DNA of 64,000 nucleotides, taken from contig JABWBH010000027.1 of the NCBI GenBank assembly GCA_013360585.1, positions 24,657 to 88,656 on the forward strand. Reading direction: 5' to 3'. Position 1 is the first letter of the stretch. The number at the start of each line of letters is the position of its first letter. The notes beneath the pieces were generated by a model. That model saw only the letters and a list, made by a program, of their open reading frames with translations. It was not told the DNA's origin and searched no databases. Positions 38,025-47,900 of the stretch are shown here, piece after piece. Source of the stretch: Phycisphaerae bacterium. Its GTDB lineage: Bacteria; Planctomycetota; Phycisphaerae; UBA1845. The position numbers and the translations under genes are program-made.

Positions 38025-39212
38025 TTATTTGACGGTCCGGTGCTTGCCGGTTTCGGCGTCCCCGGTCCGCCTCGCCTCCGACCTCTGCCGAAGTTGCCGC
38101 GCCAGCGCCTCGCGGACGATCCGCACGGCGTTCTCGACCTCTTCCGTGGTTGTAAACCGGGAGAGGCTGAAACGCACGGCGCCACGCGCGTCCCGCGCAC
38201 TCATGCCCGTCGCCAGCAGCGCGGGAGAGGGATCGAGCGACCCGCTGCCGCAGGCGCTCCCCGCCGAGGTGCACAACCCGGCTTCGCTCAGCAGCAGCAG
38301 CAGCGCCTCGCCGTCGATCCCCGGGAACACGATCGTCGTCGTATTGCCGACGCGCGGCGCGCCTGCGCCCGCTGCCCGAGCGCCGGGAACCAGCGCAACC
38401 AGCCGCGCTTCAAGCTCTCCGGTCAGTGCCGCGACGCGGGCGTGATTCCCGCTCAGTTCCCGCAGCGCGTGTTCGGCTGCAACCCCGAACCCGACAATTC
38501 CCGCAACGTTCTCCGTCCCGCACCGAAGATCCCCTTCCTGCCCGCCGCCGGCGGCCAGTGCCCGCAGCGCCGACCGATCCGCGACGTACAACGCTCCGAC
38601 GCCCTTCGGACCGTGCAGCTTGTGCGCTGAGACGCTGAGGAAGTCGATCGGCCACGTGCCGCAGCTCAGCCCCAGTTTTCCGGCGGACTGCACCGCGTCC
38701 ACGTGAACCCGCGCGCCGACCCCGCGCGCCTGCAACGCGAGTTCGGTAATCTCCTCGATCGTTCCGGTCTCCGGGTTGACATGTGTGAGGCTGACCAGCG
38801 CGGTCCGCTCATCGAGCGTGGCGGCGAACGCCGCGCGGTCCAGCCGGGCGTCAGCGTCCACCGGCGCCCGCACAATTTCGCACCCCTCCGCCGCCCGTGC
38901 TTCCGCCGCGCCGATCACCGCGGCATGATCCGCCGCGCCGATCACAATGCGCCACCGCCCCGGCGACAGAACCAGTCCCCTCAGCGCGAGATTAATGCTC
39001 TCCGTGCCGCCTGAAGTAAACACAATCCGCCCCGGCGCCGCGCCCAGCAGCGCCGCCACCTGTCTCCGCGCCGCCTCCACCGCAAACCGCGCCCGCTGTC
39101 CCTCCCGGTGCGTGCTCGACGGGTTGCCGTAATGCTCGCGCCACCAAGGCTGCATCGCCTCGATCACGTCAGGCAGCGGCTGTGTCGTCGCATTATTGTC
39201 GAGATAAATCAT
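38025..39212 (-). CDS. cysteine desulfurase (NifS/IscS class V aminotransferase)
   Basis: MIYLDNNATT, SVSAHKLHGPKGVGALY (PLP Lys) and GSACGSGSLDPS (active Cys loop). ATG 39212 overlaps the rsmA stop (ATGA). Confidence 0.85.
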   Translation of the reverse strand: MIYLDNNATTQPLPDVIEAMQPWWREHYGNPSSTHREGQRARFAVEAARRQVAALLGAAPGRIVFTSGGTESINLALRGLVLSPGRWRIVIGAADHAAVIGAAEARAAEGCEIVRAPVDADARLDRAAFAATLDERTALVSLTHVNPETGTIEEITELALQARGVGARVHVDAVQSAGKLGLSCGTWPIDFLSVSAHKLHGPKGVGALYVADRSALRALAAGGGQEGDLRCGTENVAGIVGFGVAAEHALRELSGNHARVAALTGELEARLVALVPGARAAGAGAPRVGNTTTIVFPGIDGEALLLLLSEAGLCTSAGSACGSGSLDPSPALLATGMSARDARGAVRFSLSRFTTTEEVENAVRIVREALARQLRQRSEARRTGDAETGKHRTVK

Positions 39213-40144
39213 GAACCCTTGAGCATTCGCACCCACTCCGCCGGCTCAACATCTTCCGGTCGGCGCGTCAAGTTGAAATCCGCTGCAAGCCTCTCCACGC
39301 GTTCCGCGCCCACGACGTACGCCAGCGCCGAGCGCAACGTCTTGCGGCGGTGTTCGAACGCGCCGCGCACCAGGCGCGCCAGCGCCCCCCGCTCCTGCGG
39401 TGAGATCAACGCCTCCTCCCGCACGTCGGCCCGGAGCATCACCGACTCCACCTTCGGCGCAGGCCAGAACGCCGAAGCCGGAACCCGCGCGATCATCCGA
39501 ACGTCGCAGCAGACCTGCATCATGACGCTGACCGGTCCGAAGTCCCGACTCCCTGGTGCGGCGAGGATTCGGTCGCCCACCTCCGCCTGCACGGTGAAGC
39601 ACATCCGGGACATCTCGGGCATCTCCAGCAGCAGGTTCATGACCAGCGGCGTGGCGATCTGATACGGGAGGTTCGCCACCAGCATCATCCGCCCGCGGGC
39701 GCCTCGGCCCGCTTGTCGGAGCGAGGCGACGACTTCGGTGTTCAATCGGTTCTTGCCCTGGAGCGCGTCCGTCGGGATGACGCTGACCTGACGGTGACCC
39801 GCGAACCGGCACCTCAGCAGCGCCGCCAGATCGCGGTCCAACTCAACGCAAACCACCGAAGCCCCGCTGGCGGACAGCAGGTCGGTCAGACCGCCCGTCC
39901 CGCCGCCGACCTCCAACACCACGTCCTGCGCCGAGATTTCAGCCGACTCCGCCAGGCGCCGCATCAGGTTGCCGTCGATCAGAAAGTTCTGCCCGAAGCG
40001 CTTGCGCGGGCGCAAACCGCCGGCGGTCAACACCTCAAGGATGTCGGACTTCGTTTGTACTCGGGTCGGCATGTGCGGTGTCTGCGGGAGGATCGTCGGC
40101 GTCGTCATTGTCAGGTCACCCTCGCCGGATGACAAGACCGTCAA
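39209..40144 (-). CDS. rsmA: 16S rRNA (adenine1518/1519-N6)-dimethyltransferase
   Basis: RKRFGQNFLIDGNL, VLEVGGGTGGLT and VANLPYQIATP. Confidence 0.85.
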   Translation of the reverse strand: MTVLSSGEGDLTMTTPTILPQTPHMPTRVQTKSDILEVLTAGGLRPRKRFGQNFLIDGNLMRRLAESAEISAQDVVLEVGGGTGGLTDLLSASGASVVCVELDRDLAALLRCRFAGHRQVSVIPTDALQGKNRLNTEVVASLRQAGRGARGRMMLVANLPYQIATPLVMNLLLEMPEMSRMCFTVQAEVGDRILAAPGSRDFGPVSVMMQVCCDVRMIARVPASAFWPAPKVESVMLRADVREEALISPQERGALARLVRGAFEHRRKTLRSALAYVVGAERVERLAADFNLTRRPEDVEPAEWVRMLKGS

Positions 40145-41775
40145 GGCTTTGCATCAGGATGAACCACCGGGTTCCCTGACGCGGGATGCACGACGAAGTA
40201 GCGGTAGGGCGGCAGAGCGTAAATATCCACGCGACGTCCGGTCGCCCGCAGCGTCGCGTCGAAATCGCCCAGCAGCGTCACGATGTGCAGACGTCGCGGA
40301 TCGGAAAGCGCCGCCGAGTCGGTCAACTGTCCACGTTTCTGCTCCCCGCGCATGCGCAGGATCGGCAGGTCGCTCCTCAGACCGTAATACTCAAAGCCCA
40401 TCTCAACCGGGTTGCGGTAGTTCGGACAGAAGGGAAAGTCCACCACAACGACCGCATCGTCCTTCCCGAGAGTGTCGTTCATGTGCCGGATGATGCCCGC
40501 CAACCCGTCGGGTCCGGACTTGCTGAGGCATTCCGTGACGGCGACCGGTGCGTTGCCGACGAGGAGAAGCGCCGCCGCCCCGATCAACGCCCGCGATCTG
40601 CGGAACACCGGCAGCGTCAGGACGGCGAGCGTCCCCGGAACCAGCGCCGTAATTGCGTATCTTGGTACGAACACGGGGTTGGACACGAGCGAGATGGCTC
40701 CGAGTCCCCCGACGACGAAGACCGCCCAGAACAACAGCAGCAGGCAACCGGCGGCCGCGTCCTCATCCTCTCGCGTCACGTCGCCACGCTGAGCGCCCAG
40801 CCGCGTGATTGCGCCGCAGAAGAGGGCGGCCGTGACGAACACCCCGGCCGCGACGTGCGCCCAGCGTGTCGCCGTCGAACCAGCGACACCCTCGTCAAAA
40901 AGACCCAGCACCGCATCACCCAGAAAGTGCAGGTACGCCGACCACGGCGCGGGTTGGATCCACCCGAGCTTGTTCGGAAGCACGTGGCGAACAAAGAAAA
41001 CCGCCAGCGGAGCATACAACAGGAGCGGCAGCACGAGGCACACAAGCTCACATCGCCCCCCGCGACCGGTCGCCGAGCCGCGCCCGTCAGGAAGTGGTCC
41101 GCCCGGCTCGGCATCTCGGATTACGCCTGTCGGATCGGCGCCAGCCGCCTCCGCGCGCCGTCGCAGCATCACGACCGCCGCCCACCACGCCACCTGCGCC
41201 GCCAGCGCCAGCGGAGCGAAGTAATGCGCATACAACATCGCCGTCGTGCTCAGAACGTAGCCCGCGCCCCACGCCGCTCGCGGCCGCCGCCGCGTCACCA
41301 GCGCGTACCAGCACAGCATCGAGACGGTCGTCGTCAGCGCCAGCAGCGAGTACATCCGCGCCTCTCGCGAGTACTTCACGAGGAACGCATTGAACGCAAG
41401 GACGATCAACGCCGCACACCCGATCCGCCGGCCGAACATCACCGCTCCCAGCGCCCCGCCCGCCAGCGCCGCCGCCGCGCCGTAGATCGCCGCCGGCAGA
41501 CGCAACCGCGCTTCACTCGGCTTCGGCTCGCCCCACGCCGCGACGCGGCAGGACAACGAATACAGCGGCGGATGCGGCATCTGCACGTAGCGAATGCCGT
41601 CCATCACCGTCCCTCGGATGCTCGTCCACGTCGAGAGTTCATCCTCCCAGAGGCTTCGGTCTCCTAGCCGATGCATGCGTAGTGAAAGACCGCCCAGCGC
41701 GACGAGTGCGACGAGCACTGCCGTCGACGTGGGAATCCTCTTGAACCGATCCTGTCTCAACTCTTTCCGTGACAT
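40141..41775 (-). CDS. GT39/GT83-like (ArnT/PMT-type) membrane glycosyltransferase
   Basis: 544 aa, more than 10 TM helices. N-terminal LSLRMHRLGDRSLWEDELSTW and HPPLYSL are typical of the PMT_2/ArnT family. Confidence 0.7.
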   Translation of the reverse strand: MSRKELRQDRFKRIPTSTAVLVALVALGGLSLRMHRLGDRSLWEDELSTWTSIRGTVMDGIRYVQMPHPPLYSLSCRVAAWGEPKPSEARLRLPAAIYGAAAALAGGALGAVMFGRRIGCAALIVLAFNAFLVKYSREARMYSLLALTTTVSMLCWYALVTRRRPRAAWGAGYVLSTTAMLYAHYFAPLALAAQVAWWAAVVMLRRRAEAAGADPTGVIRDAEPGGPLPDGRGSATGRGGRCELVCLVLPLLLYAPLAVFFVRHVLPNKLGWIQPAPWSAYLHFLGDAVLGLFDEGVAGSTATRWAHVAAGVFVTAALFCGAITRLGAQRGDVTREDEDAAAGCLLLLFWAVFVVGGLGAISLVSNPVFVPRYAITALVPGTLAVLTLPVFRRSRALIGAAALLLVGNAPVAVTECLSKSGPDGLAGIIRHMNDTLGKDDAVVVVDFPFCPNYRNPVEMGFEYYGLRSDLPILRMRGEQKRGQLTDSAALSDPRRLHIVTLLGDFDATLRATGRRVDIYALPPYRYFVVHPASGNPVVHPDAKP

Positions 41776-41983
41776 GCTCTGCGCCCGACCTTAACATCGC
41801 CCGCGGTCCGGCGTCCACGTCGAGGGTGTTCAGACGGGCGGCCTTCACCGACGAAGCGTCCGACGCAGCTCGGACTTCTCCCGATCGGGAAATCGACGCG
41901 ACGTTCGGTTTCCTGCGCCGGGAACCCAGCGTGGGGCGGGCTTTGCCTGCCGCAGGACGGCGGATAAGGACAAAAGGCGGAAC

Positions 41984-43882
41984 GTGATCTTCGATCGCTG
42001 GTTTGCACATCCCCGGTTCTGCGCTTCCGCCGCCGCGATCGCCGTCGCCCTGACCTCGATCTCTGTGGCGACCGGCTTTCAGGTGGATGATTACATTCAC
42101 CGTCTGCTGCTGCGGCCTCCGACGGAAAAGTCCGGAGTCGAGGGTCGGGTGCTGCTGGAAGGCCGGGCGCCGTGGGATCTTTTCGGTTTCATTCCGGGGG
42201 GGGCGGACGAGATCAGGCGGCTGATCAGGGAAGGACTTGTTCCCTGGTGGGCGCCGGAGTCCCTCAGGCTTTCCTTCTTCAGACCGCTGACCAGCCTGAC
42301 GCACTGGGTCGACTACCAGTTCTGGCCGGACGCGCCCGCGCTCATGCATGCGCAGAATCTCGCGTGGCTGGCGCTGCTGGTCTGGATCGCCTCGCGCTTG
42401 TATCGGGAACTGGCGGACGGAACGTGGGAGGCCGGGTTGGCGACGTTGATGTTCGCCGTCGATCATTCCCACGGTGTGCCCGCAGGCTGGATCGCCGCTC
42501 GCAACGCCCTCATCAGCGGATGCTTCGGTCTGCTTTCGGTGTACCTTTACGTGCGAGGTCGCCGGGGCGATCGCGCCGGCGCCATCGCGGCCCCGGCGGC
42601 GCTGGTCGCGGGGCTGGCGGGAGGGGAGATGTCGCTCGGTGCGCCGGGTTATCTGCTGGCGTACGCTCTTTTTCTCGATACCGGTTCTCTGAGGCGTCGG
42701 CTGACCGCCCTGATTCCCTGCGCCGCCGCGACGCTGGCGTGGATCGCCGTGTACAAGGCGCTCGGATACGGCGCGACCGGTTCACACATGTACATCGACC
42801 CCGCGTCCGAGCCGCTTCGTTTCGCGCAGGCGGCGGGGCTCAATGCGCCGACGCTGCTGCTGGGACAGTTCCTGCTGCCGCCTGCGGACGTCTTCGGATT
42901 CCTGGCCGACGCACTGAGGCCGGGTTATGCCTTCGGCGCCGCCGTGATGGTGACGATCCTCCTCCTGATCATGCGCGGACGACTGCGCGGCGACGCCGTC
43001 AGCCGCTTCTACCTCACCGGTACGTTACTGGCGGTGCTGCCCGCCTGCGGGACGGCGGCGCAGAACCGGCTGCTGGTCGTCGCCGGGCTGGGGGCGATGG
43101 GCCTGCTGGCACGGTACGTGGCGCGCCTGCGCGACGCGCGCGAGTATCCAACGTCGAATCATGCGGGAAGTCGGGTGACGGCGCTCGAACGTCTGACCCG
43201 ACGCGCAATCCTCGTCATTCACCTCGCAATCTCCCCGCCGGCGTTGATGGTCTCCGCTTACAGCACGGCGGCGCTCGGACCTTTGCTGCAGCGCCTCGCG
43301 GACTCCTTCCCGCGGGATTCGGCGATCGAAGATCAGAAGCTCATGATCGTGCAGGCCCCGACGGCGTTCCTCTTTCAGTACGCCGCCTCAATGAACGCTC
43401 TCGACGGGCGTCCGATGCCGGAGCATCTCTACGTCCTCGGCTCCAGCGCCGCCCCTCTCGAAATCCGTCGCCCGGACGCACGAACCTTCGTCCTGCGACC
43501 GTCAGGCGGGTTCCTCCCGCCGCCGGGATCACCCCCGGCAGCACGACAGACAGCGCGACCGGGCGCGCCGTTCGACTTCTCCTCCCCGGTCTCCCCCCTC
43601 TACATGATTCAGATGTTCGACGTCCTGTTCCGCGCATCCAGCCTCGGATTCACCGAGCAGGAGACGATCGACCTGCACGGATTCCGCGCCCGTGTTCTCG
43701 AGACGGACGCGGCGGGCCGACCACTCGAAATCGCCTTCGAGTGCGATGACTCCCTCGAGTCCGACCGCTACCGCTGGATGACCTGGTCCGACGGCGAACT
43801 GGTGGATTTTCATCCGCCGGAGGTCGGACAGAGCGTTCTCCTGCCCGCGCCGGATCTTCCCTTCGCGCCGCCCGCCCGGTGA
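41984..43882 (+). CDS. polytopic membrane protein, possibly glycosyltransferase-like
   Basis: 632 aa with many TM helices and a soluble C-terminal domain. Divergent from the GT39-like gene. No specific family recognised. Confidence 0.55.
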   Translation: MIFDRWFAHPRFCASAAAIAVALTSISVATGFQVDDYIHRLLLRPPTEKSGVEGRVLLEGRAPWDLFGFIPGGADEIRRLIREGLVPWWAPESLRLSFFRPLTSLTHWVDYQFWPDAPALMHAQNLAWLALLVWIASRLYRELADGTWEAGLATLMFAVDHSHGVPAGWIAARNALISGCFGLLSVYLYVRGRRGDRAGAIAAPAALVAGLAGGEMSLGAPGYLLAYALFLDTGSLRRRLTALIPCAAATLAWIAVYKALGYGATGSHMYIDPASEPLRFAQAAGLNAPTLLLGQFLLPPADVFGFLADALRPGYAFGAAVMVTILLLIMRGRLRGDAVSRFYLTGTLLAVLPACGTAAQNRLLVVAGLGAMGLLARYVARLRDAREYPTSNHAGSRVTALERLTRRAILVIHLAISPPALMVSAYSTAALGPLLQRLADSFPRDSAIEDQKLMIVQAPTAFLFQYAASMNALDGRPMPEHLYVLGSSAAPLEIRRPDARTFVLRPSGGFLPPPGSPPAARQTARPGAPFDFSSPVSPLYMIQMFDVLFRASSLGFTEQETIDLHGFRARVLETDAAGRPLEIAFECDDSLESDRYRWMTWSDGELVDFHPPEVGQSVLLPAPDLPFAPPAR

Positions 43883-43891
43883 TCCTGGAGG

Positions 43892-44051
43892 CAGGGCAAC
43901 CGCATTCTGACTCGAATCCGGGTGGCATGGCCTGGCGTACTCGCCTGGCCATGCTACGGGAGCAGAACCCCCGTTCCTTCCGGACACGGGTCCGCTGCTG
44001 CGGACCTGTGCCCCCCGACGTGCCGGCAGATCTCAGAATGCGGTTGCCCTG
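43892..44051. repeat. Repeat family D copy 2 (MITE-like)
   Basis: Perfect 16-nt terminal inverted repeats cagggcaaccgcattc / gaatgcggttgccctg. Aligns with 11944-12103. Confidence 0.8.
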
Positions 44052-44220
44052 AACCCTGGGGGTGGTTTCACGGGAAAATCATGCGCGCCGGCAGGCTCGG
44101 TCGGGTATCATGCCCGGATCGAAACAGGGTTCTCGCCTGGATCGCACCCCGGCTGAAGCGATTCCGGGCGGCGGCGGGGCTTACCGGTGTCGAAGGACCG
44201 GAGAAAAGGGGGACGGGAAC

Positions 44221-45162
44221 ATGACGCGATCTTCAATCGTTGGATTCGCGCTGTGCTACGGCCTCGGCGGTGTGTTGCTGCCGACGTTTTCGGCTCACGC
44301 CGAGGTGATACATGACTCCCTCTGGATTCATGATGACAATCTGACGGACGCCGGAGTGGGCCACGCGATCGGCGGGTGGCGCCCTTTCCCCGGTCTGGGG
44401 ACGATCGACTCCCAGGTGGTCGAGGATTTCACGTTGACTCAGCAGACACGACTCACCGTCGGCGTGATTGATGTGATGTCGCATGACGGCACGGTTCCGG
44501 CCGAGGGCATCTGGGTTCAGGTGTATGCCGACGCCGGAGGCAGACCGGCCGAAGAGACCGCGGCTGACTGGGTCGCCCTTCCGTCCGAGTACGAAGCGGA
44601 GGAAATCTCCAGCCCCCTCAATTTCCGTGCGTGGCGAATCACGATCAACCTGTCGGACGCCGATTTGGATCTCGACGAAGGAACGTGGTGGGTTGATTTT
44701 CAGCCGCTGGACATCAAGACGACGGGCGACTGGTTCTGGTCGATCGGGTCGGTGAGCATCGAACCGATCGGGTTCCCCAGTCATGTTCGCGACGGGTGGG
44801 AAGCGCACGGAAATAATTATTACGGGCTTTGGGGCAGTACCACGTGGATTCCCCACAGCTTTCGCGGCAACGCAGTTCTCTCCTGGCGTCTCGAAGGGGA
44901 TACCTCCGGCGGAGAGTGCACCGGCCGCGAAAAACTCTCCGCGTCCTGCGCCGACAGCGCCTGCGGACCGAGAGTCGTCGCGAAGGTGAAACGCGGTCTC
45001 CCCGACGCCGAAATCCGCTTTCGCATCGACGGCGGACAGGAAAGGCGGACCGTGGTCAACGCCCGTGGCAAGGCCAAGGTCAAGTGGTGCGGGTTGACCT
45101 CCGGACCGCACACGGTGTCGCTGGTCGAGTGCGGCGCGTCGATCGACACGAACTGTCCCTGA
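44221..45162 (+). CDS. hypothetical secreted protein
   Basis: ATG 44221 gives MTRSSIVGFALCYGLGGVLLPTFSAHA (signal peptide). 313 aa. Confidence 0.55.
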   Translation: MTRSSIVGFALCYGLGGVLLPTFSAHAEVIHDSLWIHDDNLTDAGVGHAIGGWRPFPGLGTIDSQVVEDFTLTQQTRLTVGVIDVMSHDGTVPAEGIWVQVYADAGGRPAEETAADWVALPSEYEAEEISSPLNFRAWRITINLSDADLDLDEGTWWVDFQPLDIKTTGDWFWSIGSVSIEPIGFPSHVRDGWEAHGNNYYGLWGSTTWIPHSFRGNAVLSWRLEGDTSGGECTGREKLSASCADSACGPRVVAKVKRGLPDAEIRFRIDGGQERRTVVNARGKAKVKWCGLTSGPHTVSLVECGASIDTNCP

Positions 45163-45346
45163 ACGAGGCTGACCCGCAGCGGTTCAGGTCGGCTTCGCAT
45201 CCTGCCGCGTAGGCCAACCGGGTCGCGCTGCTTGCGACATGCCTTCGCCGGGGACGCCAACGACACGAAAGCGCGACCTTTTTTCAACGGACCGAGACTC
45301 ACGGATAATCCCTGGGAACCCGTGACGGTCCGTTATCCCGGCGCCG

Positions 45347-46234
45347 TCAGGCGCCGGCCACCGTCGCCGGCGACCGTAGACGAAGCGCCGCCAGCGCGTC
45401 CCGGTGCAGGATCGCCCGAAGCTGATCGCGCGGGACCATCGGAAGGTTCGTTCCCTGGCAGAGCTGATTGATCGAGAACAGCGTGTCGATGCACTCCGAC
45501 GCCGTCGAAAACGGAAACCCGCTGCCGAACAACAGCTTGTCCATCACGCCCTGCTCGTGCGCCGACAGCAGCGACTGATAGGCCTGCCACGGATGCCGCA
45601 GCAAACCGCTGATCTCCGCATACACGTGTTCGTGCTTCGCCAGCAGGAAGATCGTCTCATCCATCCACGGCAGACCCATGTGCGCCAGGAGCATGCGCAT
45701 CTCGGGGAACTCCCGCGCCACCTCATCCAGAAGGAAGGGCCGGGCGTAGTCGAGCCGAATCTCCGGTCCGACCCAGATGCCCGGATGAAACAGCACCGGC
45801 ATGCCGAACTCGACCGCCTTGGCGTACACGCGCATCGCCCGGCTGTCGCTGGGGTGGAAGTTCTGCGCCGCCGGGGCGACCGCGATCCCCGCGAGCCCCA
45901 GATCGTTCTGGGCCCGCGACAACTCGTCGAGCGCCTCCTGCGGTCTTGAAGGGTCCACCCCGGCGAATCCGATCAGGCGCTCGGGGTGCCGGTTGACGTG
46001 CTCCGCGACGCGCTCGTTGGGGATCTTCGCCTCCAGGTGCGCGCTGACGAAACCGACCACGATGGTCAGGTCCACCGGTTTGCCGGCTTGCACGTGGCGG
46101 TCCGGTCCGGCATTGTTCAGCGGCGCCGCGCCGCCGTCCGGTCTGTGACCGGTGAACAACCGCCCCCCCCGGGCCGACGCCGGACCAAGCTGGGACGGAC
46201 TGTCCCAGAAATGCGTATAACAGTCGACAATCAT
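45347..46234 (-). CDS. amidohydrolase family protein (Amidohydro_2-like)
   Basis: MIVDCYTHFW..., ...LLAHMGLPW..., ...FGSGFPF, typical of the metal-dependent TIM-barrel hydrolase family. Confidence 0.8.
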   Translation of the reverse strand: MIVDCYTHFWDSPSQLGPASARGGRLFTGHRPDGGAAPLNNAGPDRHVQAGKPVDLTIVVGFVSAHLEAKIPNERVAEHVNRHPERLIGFAGVDPSRPQEALDELSRAQNDLGLAGIAVAPAAQNFHPSDSRAMRVYAKAVEFGMPVLFHPGIWVGPEIRLDYARPFLLDEVAREFPEMRMLLAHMGLPWMDETIFLLAKHEHVYAEISGLLRHPWQAYQSLLSAHEQGVMDKLLFGSGFPFSTASECIDTLFSINQLCQGTNLPMVPRDQLRAILHRDALAALRLRSPATVAGA

Positions 46235-46538
46235 CTCCGCCGCGGATTCTACTCTGCCCGTGGAACGCGCGATTTATATCCCACGCTCCGCAGGGGGTCA
46301 ACCGTCCGAACCCCCAGAACCGCGCGACGACAATGAATACGGCTCGGCGGGCACCTGCGTCCTTGTTCGGTCCCGACTCATCTGGATGATGATGCAGGCT
46401 CCACCCTGACGCGAGGAGCCGGGACGCGGGGGGGATCGGCGCGCCGGAAGCCGCAAGGGTTCCGCCTGGAGGGCGGGATGATTCGGAACCTCGATGGCGC
46501 GAGCGTTGAAACCATCGGAACCGCATGTGCGTGGTTCG

Positions 46539-46646
46539 ATGCTTCACGTCGTGAACGTGGAGAGACCCGTTGCATTTTATGAGTCGCTGGGCGTCTCCGC
46601 GACGAAACGGCTGCGAGCGGGGATCGGATGTCGCGGGCAGGGCTGA
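46539..46646 (+). pseudogene. possible N-terminal remnant of a VOC/glyoxalase-family gene
   Basis: The 35-codon ORF MLHVVNVERPVAFYESLGVSATKRL... resembles the first beta-alpha unit of VOC proteins (hHV.l.V.d...s..FY..LG). It then terminates. Confidence 0.3.
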
Positions 46647-46724
46647 CCCGCAGCCGGGCCCACCTTATCCTGGCGGTCGCCTCAAAGCTGACCGCCGCGA
46701 ACCAGCAGGCGATTCTGCTTTACA

Positions 46725-46798
46725 CGCTGTTTCAAAACCCACCTGAAAGCCCTGAGAAGCACGCTTTCTTACGGGCGCGATTCGGTTTTGAAACAGCG
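46725..46798. repeat. Repeat family A copy 2 (inverted relative to copy 1)
   Basis: Same cgctgtttcaaaacc / ggttttgaaacagcg termini. The interior is the reverse complement of the 2283-2356 interior with a few substitutions. Confidence 0.8.
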
Positions 46799-46956
46799 TC
46801 TTATTTGTCTTGCGAGAGGCTGCACGCGCTTCGACCCAGCCTCGTGACGTCGGAGATCGCCGCCGGCGGTCGATTCCGCGGGACGCCAACGCCGCAGCAA
46901 TGCCGAGCGCACAGCGCAAGGGTCACTGTGCAAACGAATACAGCGTCAGGCGGAAC

Positions 46957-46998
46957 AGCCACCGGCGGGACTCGAACCCGCAACCTGCGGTTTACAAA
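46957..46998 (-). tRNA. 3' fragment of a tRNA-Thr(UGU)-like gene (anticodon loop to acceptor end); probable att-site remnant, not an intact tRNA
   Basis: The minus strand reads tttgtaa-accgc-aggtt-gcggg-ttcgagt-cccgc-cggtggc-t. That is an anticodon loop (UGU), a 3' anticodon stem, a variable loop, a perfect T arm and a 3' acceptor strand. The 35 nt upstream cannot form a D arm, a 5' anticodon stem or a 5' acceptor strand. Confidence 0.5.
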
Positions 46999-47222
46999 GC
47001 AGATGGTTCCTGCGCAAGTTCTTGTCATCGGCGAACTTATGTGCGTTTTCCCGAAGGAAAACAAAGTGCGGACTGTCTACCGAAGGGGAGCGGAGTCATT
47101 GCGGACTGGCTGACGGATGAAAAATGACGCCCAATTGACGCCAATTCGTCACCGTATCCCTTTCATGTGGCGGCTTCAAGAGGACAAAACGAGGGACGGG
47201 TTGTGCCTGCCAAGCCTCAGCG

Positions 47223-47846
47223 CTATTCCCCGTTCATTAGCCTCACCGGCAACTGGTTCACCAAATCCCGAAGATTCAGGCCGTGATACTTCACGAGTTT
47301 TTCCGCCCACGCGCCGTCCTCGGGCAACGGAAGCCCCTCGCGCGCGGCAATGCTTTCCAGGTGCGCCGCGATGTCCTTCGACCTCGGCTTACTCAAGTCG
47401 AAACGGACAAAACGCGACAGCAGCACGGGACTCGCCCAGTTTTCCTCCGTCGTGGTTCCGATGAATAAAACATGTTTCGGCAAAGACTCCAGTAGCGACA
47501 ACAAACGGTCGGACGCCCTGCCTGTCAATGTATGAATTTCGTCGAGCATGTACAGCTTTCTGCCCTTGCCGCCGACGCCGTAGTACGGCAGGTGCTCGTA
47601 GAGCTCTCGGAGACGCGACACGTCGCACTCGGCCGACTCAACCTTCACGATGTCGAAGTCGTCGATGCCCCAGTATTGACCGGCGCAGTACGCGAGCGTG
47701 GTCTTGCCGGAGCCCGACGGTCCCGTAAGGAGAAAGGCATGCCCGCTGGCATTGGGCTGGTCGAGATACCACTTCATCTGCGCCACGATGCGGTCCTGGC
47801 CGACGACCTCGTCGAACGTCGTCGGGCGGTACTTCTCAGCAAGCAC
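47223..47846 (-). CDS. minimal clamp-loader-like AAA+ ATPase (RFC small subunit / DnaX-like, no collar domain)
   Basis: AEKYRPTTFDEVVGQ, Walker A GPSGSGKTT, Walker B LYMLDEIH, sensor-1 FIGTTT, and SRF at the RFC SRC position. Only 207 aa. Confidence 0.7.
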   Translation of the reverse strand: MLAEKYRPTTFDEVVGQDRIVAQMKWYLDQPNASGHAFLLTGPSGSGKTTLAYCAGQYWGIDDFDIVKVESAECDVSRLRELYEHLPYYGVGGKGRKLYMLDEIHTLTGRASDRLLSLLESLPKHVLFIGTTTEENWASPVLLSRFVRFDLSKPRSKDIAAHLESIAAREGLPLPEDGAWAEKLVKYHGLNLRDLVNQLPVRLMNGE

Positions 47847-47900
47847 GTTCGGAACGTGGTTGGACGTTCGAGGGCACGCAAGCTCTTGATCGCGAGCGGG

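Noticed and set aside
35407-38445. 1012-aa plus-strand ORF, the longest in the track for this region
   Set aside because: It lies antisense to two DUF4139-like genes and to the cysteine desulfurase. Its sequence is Arg/Pro/Gly/His-rich low-complexity with no motifs. This is the typical shadow ORF of high-GC DNA.
40186-41667. 493-aa plus-strand ORF
   Set aside because: Antisense to the multi-TM GT39-like gene. Extremely Arg-rich, with no motifs.
45723-46547. 274-aa minus-strand ORF
   Set aside because: It overlaps the amidohydrolase gene out of frame and extends into non-coding DNA. Arg/Gly/Pro-rich shadow ORF.
46800-47222. Possibility of a tmRNA (ssrA) or a full tRNA with an intron, given the T arm and two UUCG-type hairpins (gttttcc-ttcg-ggaaaac)
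   Set aside because: The acceptor 3' strand cggtggc cannot give the G3:U70 pair required for tmRNA. No GGGG...5' end or tag ORF was found. No complementary 5' acceptor strand lies within 250 nt. The available space before the AAA+ CDS is too short for a tmRNA.
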